From positions 32,001 through 96,000 of IMG/VR virus record IMGVR_UViG_3300014969_000016: a stretch of DNA of 64,000 nucleotides; one strand, given 5' to 3'. Below the pieces are notes generated by a model. It did no database searches. It was not told the DNA's origin and worked only from the letters and a program-made list of their open reading frames with translations. Shown here one piece after another: positions 52,876-61,700 of the stretch (its first letter is position 1; each line of letters starts with the position of its first letter). Origin of the DNA: a virus. Its lineage: Duplodnaviria > Caudoviricetes. Both the position numbers and the translations under genes were made by a program.

Positions 52876-53286
52876 TTACCCCGCAATGTTTGGGGAGGCG
52901 TTGAAGCCTCGGAGGGTGCCCGACCACATGTCTTCCTGGAAGTCCGTGCGTCGTGGCTTGCGAACTGTTCCCGACACCCACGACCTGATCTGTGGCTGCC
53001 ACCTGTCCGTGTCGAGCACGTCATCGATGGTCAACTCAGTGGGGTCGTAGCCCTCCACCTGGGGAAACAATCCGCCAGCAGGAGGAGGAGGCACCTGCTG
53101 GCGGATCACCTCGGCTGGTACGGCCATCAACTGCATGGCGTAGGTGACGGTGTACTCGGCCTTCGACATGAAGGGACGAGGCTGCCAGGGTGGTTGGCGA
53201 GTGCCGTCCTCGTAGAAACGAAGACCTCCTGATGTGGACCCGGCTCCGATTGCATCGAAGATCTCGCGATCCACCCTGATAGCCAC
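52876..53286 (-). CDS. Hypothetical late protein
   Basis: 136 aa. Confidence 0.65.
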   Translation of the reverse strand: MAIRVDREIFDAIGAGSTSGGLRFYEDGTRQPPWQPRPFMSKAEYTVTYAMQLMAVPAEVIRQQVPPPPAGGLFPQVEGYDPTELTIDDVLDTDRWQPQIRSWVSGTVRKPRRTDFQEDMWSGTLRGFNASPNIAG

Positions 53287-53305
53287 GTATGGAGACTATC
53301 CCACG

Positions 53306-53671
53306 TCAGTAACTCGACGTGGGGTTCTCCGGATCCGGGTAGACGTTGGGGTCACCGGGATACATCCCCTTGATGTGGTCGCCGGGTGGCGTCCAGTCCT
53401 CAGGCCTCGGGCGTCCCTCGGGAACGCCGGGGATCGGAGTCATCTGTGTCGAGACAGGTGCCTCCTCCGACTCATCGTCGCTGGGGAGAGGAGTCTTCAC
53501 GTCGTCTGAGATGGGCTGACCGCTCGCAGCCCCCTGACCGGACGGGATCGTCTGACCCTGACCTGCGCCGCCGCCAGCCGACGAGACATCCTGCGATGTC
53601 CCACCGGCACCAGGTGATACCTCGGTCGTGCCCTTCTCGTCAGGCTCCTTGGACTTCGGTGAGCTTGCCAT
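53306..53671 (-). CDS. Acidic Pro/Gly-rich disordered protein
   Basis: 121 aa. Confidence 0.65.
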   Translation of the reverse strand: MASSPKSKEPDEKGTTEVSPGAGGTSQDVSSAGGGAGQGQTIPSGQGAASGQPISDDVKTPLPSDDESEEAPVSTQMTPIPGVPEGRPRPEDWTPPGDHIKGMYPGDPNVYPDPENPTSSY

Positions 53672-53772
53672 CACGGAACCCCGTCGTCGCCTTCGATGTC
53701 AGGCTCGTCGGGGTCGTCCTCGTCCGGATCGTACGGATCCGGAGGGACGCCGGGGATGTTGGGGTCACTCAT
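53671..53772 (-). CDS. 33-aa hyperacidic peptide
   Basis: MSDPNIPGVPPDPYDPDEDDPDEPDIEGDDGVP; fills the gap with overlapping start/stop; not in the ORF track. Confidence 0.55.
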   Translation of the reverse strand: MSDPNIPGVPPDPYDPDEDDPDEPDIEGDDGVP

Positions 53773-54043
53773 CGTCGTCGTCGTCCACGTCCCGACCAGA
53801 GGCGACGAGGGCGGCGTCGTCCATGCCCAACATCTTCGCCTCCTTGGCCAGCTTCTCCTTGTCCTCGTCGGACAGGTTGGCGACGGCGCCTGCCATGCCC
53901 GCCTCGGGGGCGCTCATCCCGGACGGGAAGAACGGTCCCACCTCGGCTTCGGGTGGCATGCGGGTGACCCGCTGCTTCGGACCTTCGTCTTGTCCGTCGT
54001 CACCCTCTCGGGTATCGACTTCCTTGCTCTTGCTGGTGGCCAT
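53765..54043 (-). CDS. Acidic hypothetical protein
   Basis: 92 aa; AAGGAG. Confidence 0.7.
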   Translation of the reverse strand: MATSKSKEVDTREGDDGQDEGPKQRVTRMPPEAEVGPFFPSGMSAPEAGMAGAVANLSDEDKEKLAKEAKMLGMDDAALVASGRDVDDDDDE

Positions 54044-54084
54044 GGCCTATCTCCTTTGCAGGTAGTAGTCGGGATGATACATCA

Positions 54085-54294
54085 CTATGTACTGGCGCCT
54101 GTTGGTAGTGCGAGCAGGCCGAGCGCCACGCAGGCCAGCCCAGCGACGACGAGGATCCAGTGGAAGTCCCACGTCGCTCCCCGTCCCACGACGAGGCGCA
54201 CGGCTTCGATGGTGAACAGGATGAACGCCACCAAGAACATGATCTCGGCAAAGTCCGGGCTGTCCATGATCTCGGCAACCATTGTTGCAAGCAT
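54085..54294 (-). CDS. 2-TM membrane protein (holin-like)
   Basis: 69 aa, downstream of the endolysin. Confidence 0.65.
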   Translation of the reverse strand: MLATMVAEIMDSPDFAEIMFLVAFILFTIEAVRLVVGRGATWDFHWILVVAGLACVALGLLALPTGAST

Positions 54295-54301
54295 GGGTGT
54301 A

Positions 54302-54556
54302 CTACTCCTTCATTATTGTGTTACTTGGGGTGGTAGGTCGGCGCTCAACCTTCCAGGAGAAGATGTTCTCGATTGGGAGTACCCCAACCATGACCATGCC
54401 GACCGCGAGTTGACCGAGTCGTTCCTCGGGGTTGATGAGGGCGTTGCCGATCACCCAGCACCCCAAGCCGAAGACAACGAGGCGACGAATGAACGTGAAG
54501 ACGATCTCAACTGTCGTCACCCGTTGAGAAGACTCGTCCATGTCTTCTGCCCACAC
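54302..54556 (-). CDS. 2-TM membrane protein (holin-like)
   Basis: 84 aa, adjacent to the endolysin. Confidence 0.65.
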   Translation of the reverse strand: MWAEDMDESSQRVTTVEIVFTFIRRLVVFGLGCWVIGNALINPEERLGQLAVGMVMVGVLPIENIFSWKVERRPTTPSNTIMKE

Positions 54557-55569
54557 TGCCCATCGGCACCCAGTCCTCGGGCGGTTTGGAAGTTCTTGAG
54601 CGCCGTCTCAGTACCGGTACCGAACTGGCCGTCGAAGTTGGCCTGGTTGGCCGGGTTCATGGCCCCGTTGGCGCCCAGCATGCGCTGCATCCGCTTCACG
54701 TCCATACCCGTGGCGCCCTTGATGAGCGAGGGGATGCCGTTGCCCGCCTCCATGAACCAGTCCCAGCAGTCACGGTCACACACGCCGTCCTGCGTGGCGC
54801 CCTTGGTAGCAAGGAAGCGGTTGAGTGCCGCCTCGGTACCCGAGCCGAAGATGCCGTCGAAGTTCCCCATGTTGGCCGGGTCCATCTGGCCCGCCAGAGC
54901 GAGGAAGTGCTGCAGTCTCTTGACTGGCGTGCCCTGGTTGCCCTTCTTCAGGATGGGCATCTTGTTCATCAGGTCAGTGGCCCAGTTGGTGGTGGGCGGC
55001 GGCGTCGTGGTGGGAGGTGGGGTCGTGATCGGCGGTGGAGTCGTGGTAGGTGGCGGTGTGCCTGGGATCGCCCACTTGATCGGCGGCGGCGCCCCGGCCC
55101 GCAGCCATGCGCTCACGCTGTGCGGGAACTCGGTGAACTGGAAGTGCCACACCTCGCCACCCCACGTCGCCTGCTCCAGGCCGTACTCCTCGCAGTGCAG
55201 CGCCGCCCACTTGAGGTCACCGATGGCATCGACCGCAGCGGCGTAGCCCTGGACGAGATCTTCATGGAACGAGCGACCAGGTGGCGCAGCGTGAGCCGCA
55301 CCCTTCTTCAACTGGTAGCGCTGGCCTTGGTAGAAGCAGCAACCACCCGACGACACGGTGTAGTGACGGTCGAGGAAGACTCGCTGTTGCTGGACCGTCG
55401 AACGACCGGCCCCACCGATGCCGAGCTTGCCCTCGCTGGCGAGCATCAGCCCATGCCAGCGCTTCCGGTACTCGGGATGGAGCATCTGCACCGACGAGCG
55501 GGCGAAGACCTCTTCGATGGTCTTCTGCGCTGGCGGGCTGTTGTAGCCGTCTGGATAGGTGACAGCCAT
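54517..55569 (-). CDS. Endolysin: M15-type Zn peptidase + Pro/Thr linker + two PG-binding domains
   Basis: GRS..QQ, AAPPGRSFHE, AVD, EVWHFQ; two DG.FG.GTE.AL..F....DG.C repeats. Confidence 0.9.
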   Translation of the reverse strand: MAVTYPDGYNSPPAQKTIEEVFARSSVQMLHPEYRKRWHGLMLASEGKLGIGGAGRSTVQQQRVFLDRHYTVSSGGCCFYQGQRYQLKKGAAHAAPPGRSFHEDLVQGYAAAVDAIGDLKWAALHCEEYGLEQATWGGEVWHFQFTEFPHSVSAWLRAGAPPPIKWAIPGTPPPTTTPPPITTPPPTTTPPPTTNWATDLMNKMPILKKGNQGTPVKRLQHFLALAGQMDPANMGNFDGIFGSGTEAALNRFLATKGATQDGVCDRDCWDWFMEAGNGIPSLIKGATGMDVKRMQRMLGANGAMNPANQANFDGQFGTGTETALKNFQTARGLGADGQCGQKTWTSLLNG

Positions 55570-55679
55570 CAGACCTCGTCTGGTTCCCTGGGGTCATACG
55601 GGTCCGTGACGTGCTCGTCAGGGATCTCGTCCTCGTCCTCGTCGTCCTCGTAGAACGGGTCGGGTTCGATGGTGCTCAT
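55569..55679 (-). CDS. 36-aa hyperacidic peptide
   Basis: MSTIEPDPFYEDDEDEDEIPDEHVTDPYDPREPDEV; coupled on both sides. Confidence 0.6.
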   Translation of the reverse strand: MSTIEPDPFYEDDEDEDEIPDEHVTDPYDPREPDEV

Positions 55680-56002
55680 CGCATCCTCGCCCTCAAGCCG
55701 CCGCCCATCGGTCGGGTGCCTACGCTGGGCGTGGTGGCGCTGAGGCCACCGCCCATGCCTGGCTGCATCGTGGACGGTGGACGAGGTGTTGGGAGTGACA
55801 TCCCGCCGCCGCTGCCGGGACCGCGAGGCATCGCCGCACCACCTGGGTTCAGGTTGCCGGTGCCTCCACCCATGCTGCCCTTCATCGGCGTCAGCCCGCC
55901 GCCCATCTTGGGCATGTTGAACTTGGCCTGCGGGGCCATCGACATCTGTGACCTGTTGGCACGGGGTGCGAAGGATCCCCCCAGCCGCTCCATTCCTGGC
56001 AT
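55676..56002 (-). CDS. Met/Gly/Pro-rich disordered protein
   Basis: 108 aa; AGGAG RBS. Confidence 0.65.
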   Translation of the reverse strand: MPGMERLGGSFAPRANRSQMSMAPQAKFNMPKMGGGLTPMKGSMGGGTGNLNPGGAAMPRGPGSGGGMSLPTPRPPSTMQPGMGGGLSATTPSVGTRPMGGGLRARMR

Positions 56003-56011
56003 GTGCTGCTC

Positions 56012-56569
56012 CTATCGTCCGGGGTACGGCACCGCCATACCTGGGTTTCCTCTGGCTCCTGTCGCCCACGGAGGTGCTTGGCTTCGCAGCACCGGGACAC
56101 GATCCGGGTTCGGAGGTGCTGCTGGGCCACCACCGTTGGCGTACCGTGACCCAACCGGGACTCCACGTGGGCCGACACGACGATCAGTCGGGTAACGCTC
56201 GTCCGCGAGGTATTCTCCGATGCCGGGTGGGCTGAAGCGCACACCGGCTGCCTGATACTGCAACCCTGTCCAGAGATTGAACTCCTTGGGCCAATAGTAG
56301 TCACGTTGGTCGATCCGCTCGCCCTTATGGATGCCCCTGGTGTTCGGACGGTTCTGTGTACGTGCCTTGAGGCCATCTAGCAGGCGGTCTTCACGCCGTG
56401 TGTTAATGGTACCCAGGTATCCGTCCGGGTAGGTGGCCTCGGGCGTGCGCCGCCAGTACATGCGGATGTTGTCGAGGTAGTCGTGACCCTTGGGCGTCGG
56501 CCCCAGTGTCTCAGCCTGACGGAACGGGGCATCGCTACCTGGGTAGTCGTGGCGCATCCAGTCGGTCAT
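56012..56569 (-). CDS. Conserved late protein
   Basis: PEATYPDGYLGTI..RREDRLL...RGIHKGERID. Confidence 0.75.
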   Translation of the reverse strand: MTDWMRHDYPGSDAPFRQAETLGPTPKGHDYLDNIRMYWRRTPEATYPDGYLGTINTRREDRLLDGLKARTQNRPNTRGIHKGERIDQRDYYWPKEFNLWTGLQYQAAGVRFSPPGIGEYLADERYPTDRRVGPRGVPVGSRYANGGGPAAPPNPDRVPVLRSQAPPWATGARGNPGMAVPYPGR

Positions 56570-56579
56570 GGTGTCTCCA

Positions 56580-56831
56580 CTACGAGGTTACGTCAGCCGT
56601 AGCTGGGGGTGTTGGAACCTCACCGTTGCCGAGATGAGCGGAGAACACCGACTCCCTTTCGCGCAGCGCAGCCAGGTCCGTCTGCTGCTCCTGCACAATC
56701 GCCAGCAACTCCAGGTTCTCCCCGACCAGTGCGGTGATGCGTTGACTCATCTGCTCCTTGACGAACTGGTTCCGCTTGACGATGCGGACAAGGTCATCCT
56801 TGCTGAACTCATCCAGTTGTGTGTCACTCAT
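56580..56831 (-). CDS. Coiled-coil protein
   Basis: 83 aa. Confidence 0.65.
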   Translation of the reverse strand: MSDTQLDEFSKDDLVRIVKRNQFVKEQMSQRITALVGENLELLAIVQEQQTDLAALRERESVFSAHLGNGEVPTPPATADVTS

Positions 56832-57100
56832 GGGTTCTCCTCGTTGTTGATCAGTTGTACTGCCGACAGGATCTGGCTGTCTGTGATGACGGCGGGGTCA
56901 CTGCCTGGGTTTGGATTCCCGTTGAGCATGGCGTACTCGTAGGCGTCAGCGAAGCCAGGTGACGCTGCGATCCACCAGATGTGATCACGTGCCCACTCCA
57001 GCGGCTGATGGGTGTGGGGCACCTCAACCGCTGCAGACGCTGAGACGCGGGCGATGAACTCAGAGTCATTGGACAGTTGGGCCTGTGATAGGTAGCTCAT
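56828..57100 (-). CDS. Small tail-associated protein
   Basis: MSYLSQAQL..D..F..RV.A...ITD.QILSAVQ, typical of genes next to actinophage tail fibres. Confidence 0.7.
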   Translation of the reverse strand: MSYLSQAQLSNDSEFIARVSASAAVEVPHTHQPLEWARDHIWWIAASPGFADAYEYAMLNGNPNPGSDPAVITDSQILSAVQLINNEENP

Positions 57101-57101
57101 G

Positions 57102-57806
57102 TCACTTCCACTTCGTATTGAGATAGTTGTTGACCTGAGTCAGTTCGGTGCTGTCGAGGACGTGGTCGTACTTGATCAACTCACCTATCGTGCCGGTGAA
57201 CGGTTCGCTGAAGGCGTTCCCGATGTAGGCCAGAGCGGACGAAGCATTGAACGCCTGGTCGTTGGTGACGCTGAGTTGACTGACGCCATCCATGTAGCAG
57301 GTGAGCAGGCCGACCGCCGAGTACGTGACGATCAGCACAACGGTGGCGTTGGCCGTGACGACTGGGGTGGTCACCCCTAGCTCCACCACCTGGTTCTTCA
57401 CGACGGACTGCTTGTGCGTGCTGGAGATGCGCCACTCCAGAGAACCAACGTAGGGGCTGCCGATGATCGCCCGGTAGGCAGCGGTGTTGGTGTGTTTGAC
57501 GACGGCCACCGCCGTGAAGGGCTTCTGGTTGGCCCAGCCGTTGTTGATGTCGAAGCGGGTGCCGCCTGCGAAGACCAACGATTTGCGCCCCACCTTCAGG
57601 CCATCGCTCGCGATGGTGGGCTGGAACCCCGAGCCTGAGGTGGCATGGTTGGCGGCGCCCGACTTGTCGTTCCACTGGCTGACCAGACCGAAGGACTGGG
57701 TGATGGTGAGGACATCGTCGGCATCGAACCACCACAGCAACCCCGTCATAGGTGGTCCGGAGGCGTTGATCACACCAGAGGCAAGGATCCCGACTGCTAG
57801 TGGCAT
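57102..57806 (-). CDS. LamG/ConA-like minor tail protein
   Basis: WFDADD...VSQWNDKSG...FTGTIGELI.YD..L...YL..KW. Confidence 0.8.
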   Translation of the reverse strand: MPLAVGILASGVINASGPPMTGLLWWFDADDVLTITQSFGLVSQWNDKSGAANHATSGSGFQPTIASDGLKVGRKSLVFAGGTRFDINNGWANQKPFTAVAVVKHTNTAAYRAIIGSPYVGSLEWRISSTHKQSVVKNQVVELGVTTPVVTANATVVLIVTYSAVGLLTCYMDGVSQLSVTNDQAFNASSALAYIGNAFSEPFTGTIGELIKYDHVLDSTELTQVNNYLNTKWK

Positions 57807-58780
57807 CAGGTGAGATCACCCGTGAGGATCCACCTGTCAGTGGCGAGCTTGATGAGCGACGCCATCGAACCAGGCGCACGCAGCACCGCTGAAGGGGTGG
57901 CGACAATCGTCGTCGTGCCTGGGGTGACAGCAGCGACGGTGATCTTCCCGGCCCCGGTCTGGAGGAAGTCGGTGCGATACCCGACAGGCAGAGCCAGGGT
58001 GGCGTTGGTCGGCACCGAGATGGTGATGGCTGTCGCTGCTGTGAACTCACGGGTCTGGTTCTCGTCAGCGAGGGTGATGGTGTAGGCCGTCGCCGCCGAG
58101 GATGCGGCGATGGTCTGGCGCTTGGCGGCATAGTTGGCATCGCCGTACTGCTTGGTGACAACCTGCAACGGATTAACGGGGTCGGCTCCCACCTCAAACG
58201 GCAGCGTCACCCAAACCCTGGCGTTCTCGACGGCGAGACGCGTGATGCCGCCGGTCTTCAATGAGATCGACCCTCCCGACGTTGCCGCCGACACGGAGAG
58301 GTCACCGAAGACTGCGTCACCGACGATCCCGGCACCAGCAGGCCAGGTCAACGCCCCCGTCATCACGTCGCCTGTCTTCAACACCCGCAAAGCATCGGCA
58401 TTCCCCTGCGCAGTGCTCACCGGCTTGTTGGCGTCCGACGTGTTGTCCACGTTGGACAGAGCGAGCAGTGTCTTCACCGAGGCCACACTGAGGTCGGTGG
58501 CAGCAGCGGTGGCTCCGGTGGCGTTGCCCTTCAAGCTGCTGGCTGCCATCGTCGCCAACTTGACGTTGGTGACTGAGCCATCGGCCACCGTGGCCGTGAT
58601 GGTCGTCCACTGCGTGTTGTAGTTGGTGGCATCGATCTTGGTCAGCGCCTGGCCTGCCGTGCCACCAACAGGAACGCCAACTCCTGGTGGTCCTGCCGCC
58701 CCGCTGCCAACGTCAACGTCAACGAACGTCACCGCACCAGTCGTTGTGTTAATGGCAGTGCAGCGCTTGATGCTAGGCAT
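57806..58780 (-). CDS. Minor tail/fibre protein
   Basis: GGTAGQALTK, DGSVTNVKLA, LSNVDNTSDANKPVSTAQ, C-terminal WILTGDL. Confidence 0.8.
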   Translation of the reverse strand: MPSIKRCTAINTTTGAVTFVDVDVGSGAAGPPGVGVPVGGTAGQALTKIDATNYNTQWTTITATVADGSVTNVKLATMAASSLKGNATGATAAATDLSVASVKTLLALSNVDNTSDANKPVSTAQGNADALRVLKTGDVMTGALTWPAGAGIVGDAVFGDLSVSAATSGGSISLKTGGITRLAVENARVWVTLPFEVGADPVNPLQVVTKQYGDANYAAKRQTIAASSAATAYTITLADENQTREFTAATAITISVPTNATLALPVGYRTDFLQTGAGKITVAAVTPGTTTIVATPSAVLRAPGSMASLIKLATDRWILTGDLT

Positions 58781-58783
58781 GAC

Positions 58784-61700
58784 TCATCCCAGGTGGTGGA
58801 TCTCTAGGCGCCCGGTGTTGGCATCCTCGGACAGGTTGGCGAGGGTCATGTAGTTGGTCGTGGCATCGGAGGTGGGCTTGAAGATGGCGACGCCCTTCCA
58901 TGTCGAGCCGTCAACGACGTAGTTCGCCCAGCCAGCAGGCATGTCGATGGACTTGGCGGCACCATTCCAAGCGAGGTTGGCGTCGATGTTCGATCCACCT
59001 GACAGTTGGGGAGCCGAACCGTCAGCGGTGGTGACGGTGTGTCTATGCAGGTACATGGTGATGTCGCGGTCCACTCCATCGCCACCGTCCATGCGCTTCA
59101 TCCACACCTTCCCCGACAGGATGGTGCGCCTCCCGCCGTAGTACAGAGCGGTGGTGGGCTTGTTGTTGTAGAACCAGCAGCCGGTGGCGTTGTACGCCGA
59201 GTTGGAGTAGTAGCCCTGGATGGGACGGCTGGTACCCATCGCATTCCAGGTGCCGTTGGCCCGGTAGTGGTTGGTGGAGTGCGCCGTGACGTAGGTGGGC
59301 GATGTGATAAGGGTGTATGGCGAGGCGTTGGTGTACGAGACGTTGACCGCAGGGTCGTACACGTAGACCCGGCAGTACACCGTCTGCCCTGCGCTGAAGG
59401 TACCGATATCGAGGGCGTACGATCCTGGGCCAGCCCCAGTCCAGTTCTGGACGATTGTCCAGTTGGCATTGTCGGTGGAACGGTCAACCCGGATCGCCAC
59501 AGTGTCCCCACCCGTGGTGTAGCGCACGACCATACGACCATACGAACCTTCCGGCTGGAAGCTGGCGATCACCGGAACGGGTGGAGGCGTGGTATCAGGG
59601 GGAGCAGCAGTCGTGGCAGTCGTCGTGCGCTGCGGCGAGTACAGCAGGCCGGTGTCCCTCGTCCTGACCCCGAAGGTGTAGTTGGTCGAGGCAGCAAGGC
59701 CGGTGAAGGTGTACGACAGAGCGGTGGTGAAGCCCTTCGACGTGGAGCCGAGGAAGACCTCGTAGTCCCTACGATCCGGGGAGGCAGAGGCAGGCCAGGT
59801 CGCCACCGCCGAGTCGTAATCGACGGAACTCATCGTGATGGAAGTTGGCTGCACGGGGGCAGCGTTGTCGCTGGTGATCGTGTCGCTAACGGTGGTACCG
59901 AACAGGCCGGTGGAACCCTTGGACCTGATGCCGAAGGTGGTCGTCTCGTTCTCGGTGATCCCCGTCGCTGTGTAGGTCACCCCGGCTTGGGTCGTCACCA
60001 ACACGCTGTTGACATACACCTCGTAGGTGTAACCGGTGCCGCCAGCCGCCGCCGTCCACGACACCGCCGAGTTCGTCGGCCCGGACGACGTGGCGGTCAC
60101 CCCGGTGACACTGGCTGGCTTCGTGACGATGCTCACGGTGGGCGAGTACCCACCACTACCTGCTGCGTTGTTCGCCCTGAGGCGGTAGTAGTAGATGGTG
60201 TTGGCGGTACGCGCCGTGTCCGTGTACACATTGAGGGCTGCCGTGGTGGTGAGCACCGTGGGGAACGTCGTGCCATCCGTGCCACGTTCCAAGGAGATAG
60301 TGGAGATCGATTCAGAGGTTGCCCACTGCTGCCAGGAGAGATCCACGGCGAAGCCGGTGGCGGCGTTGCTGATAGTGAGCGTCTTCACGGTAGGTGCTTG
60401 CAACCCGAGCGGGGCGGTCTGGATCCACAGGTCACCGACCGCCAGACCGTTGGCGAACGTCGGCTGATTCTCCCCGACCCAGATGTCGGCCGAGTTGGCA
60501 CCATCAGTGGGGTGAAGCTCCAGGATCTCCGGGTGGGTGTGTCCCCTGATGGCGTAAGCGATATCACCCTCGGTTGGAGTGAGATACTGCGGGTGCGGGT
60601 CGGCCTCGGCCACGTGGAGAGCGACCAGTCCAATCGGCTCGTACTTGTCGTCATGGTTGTGGACGATGTCGGCGTAGAGAGTGTCCGCTCTCTCCTCGGT
60701 GAGGTAGAGGGCGTCGGCCTCCGCTTGGTCGAGGTACTGGGAGTGGGGATCGTTGTAGACCTGCCCACCAGCCCCCGGAAGGGTGACCGGCACGGTGTAC
60801 CCAGGTGGTGCCGTGGTGCCGTAGGTGATGGTGATCAGGTTGGGTGCCGCCTCGGTGTCGAGCACCTTCCACTTCTGGTTGAGGGCAGGGTCAACGTTCT
60901 TCAGGTTGATGTAGCTGTTCGGCAGGATGGAGTGATTCGGGCTGACCGTCAGTGTGACAACACCGTTCGGGTTCCACGACCAGCCACTCACCGCCCACGG
61001 GTCTTGGATCTGGTGGTTGATGACCTGCTGACGGATCTCTGCCTGGTGGTTGTGAACGACCGGCGCATAGAAGATGTCGCCCTCTGGCTGAGTGAGATAC
61101 TGCGGGTGCGGGTCAGCGGCAGAGGTGTGAGCGAGGATCTGGTTCTTGACGTACGTCTCGGTCGAGAAGGGCACGTACTGGAAGAGCACCTGGCCGAGCG
61201 TCTGGCCCTTCACCGTGGCCTTGGTCGAGGTCACCGCCGTCGAGGCGATGTCGGCGTTCACCTTGGCGTAGCTGACCGTCAGCGCAGTCACCGCCGTGAT
61301 CGTGTAGGTGCCGTCGAAGGTGGCATCCACGCCCTCCACGTCGATCATGGCACCAGGAAGGAGAGTGTGCGCGCTGACGGGAGGTGTAATCAGTGGCATC
61401 GTCAGCGTCAGGGTGGCAACGTTGGCGGTCAGCGCCTTGTTGTTCACGGCATAGCCGGGTATGGCAGCGACAACCCAGTCACCGTTGTTGAGGGTGATCT
61501 GTTCGTCGGCCACCAGCGGGTTGCCCGAGGGGTAGCGGCCCGAGGCATCGTCGGCAATGAAGTCCACCGTGCCGGTCGAGTTGCACACCCAGTACATGCC
61601 GTGGCGATAGACGGTGGAGCCACCGCTCCACTCCGGGTCGGGATACAACTGGGTGCGGGCCATCCCGCCGCCGACCAGCGTCAGGTTCCCTGGAGACGCC

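Noticed and set aside
1927-55653. Other long opposite-strand ORFs (1927..3144, 10145..11560, 16431..17453, 25894..27453, 36869..37825, 53696..55246, 54586..55653)
   Set aside because: Each mirrors a gene with recognisable motifs and has no motifs or expression signals of its own
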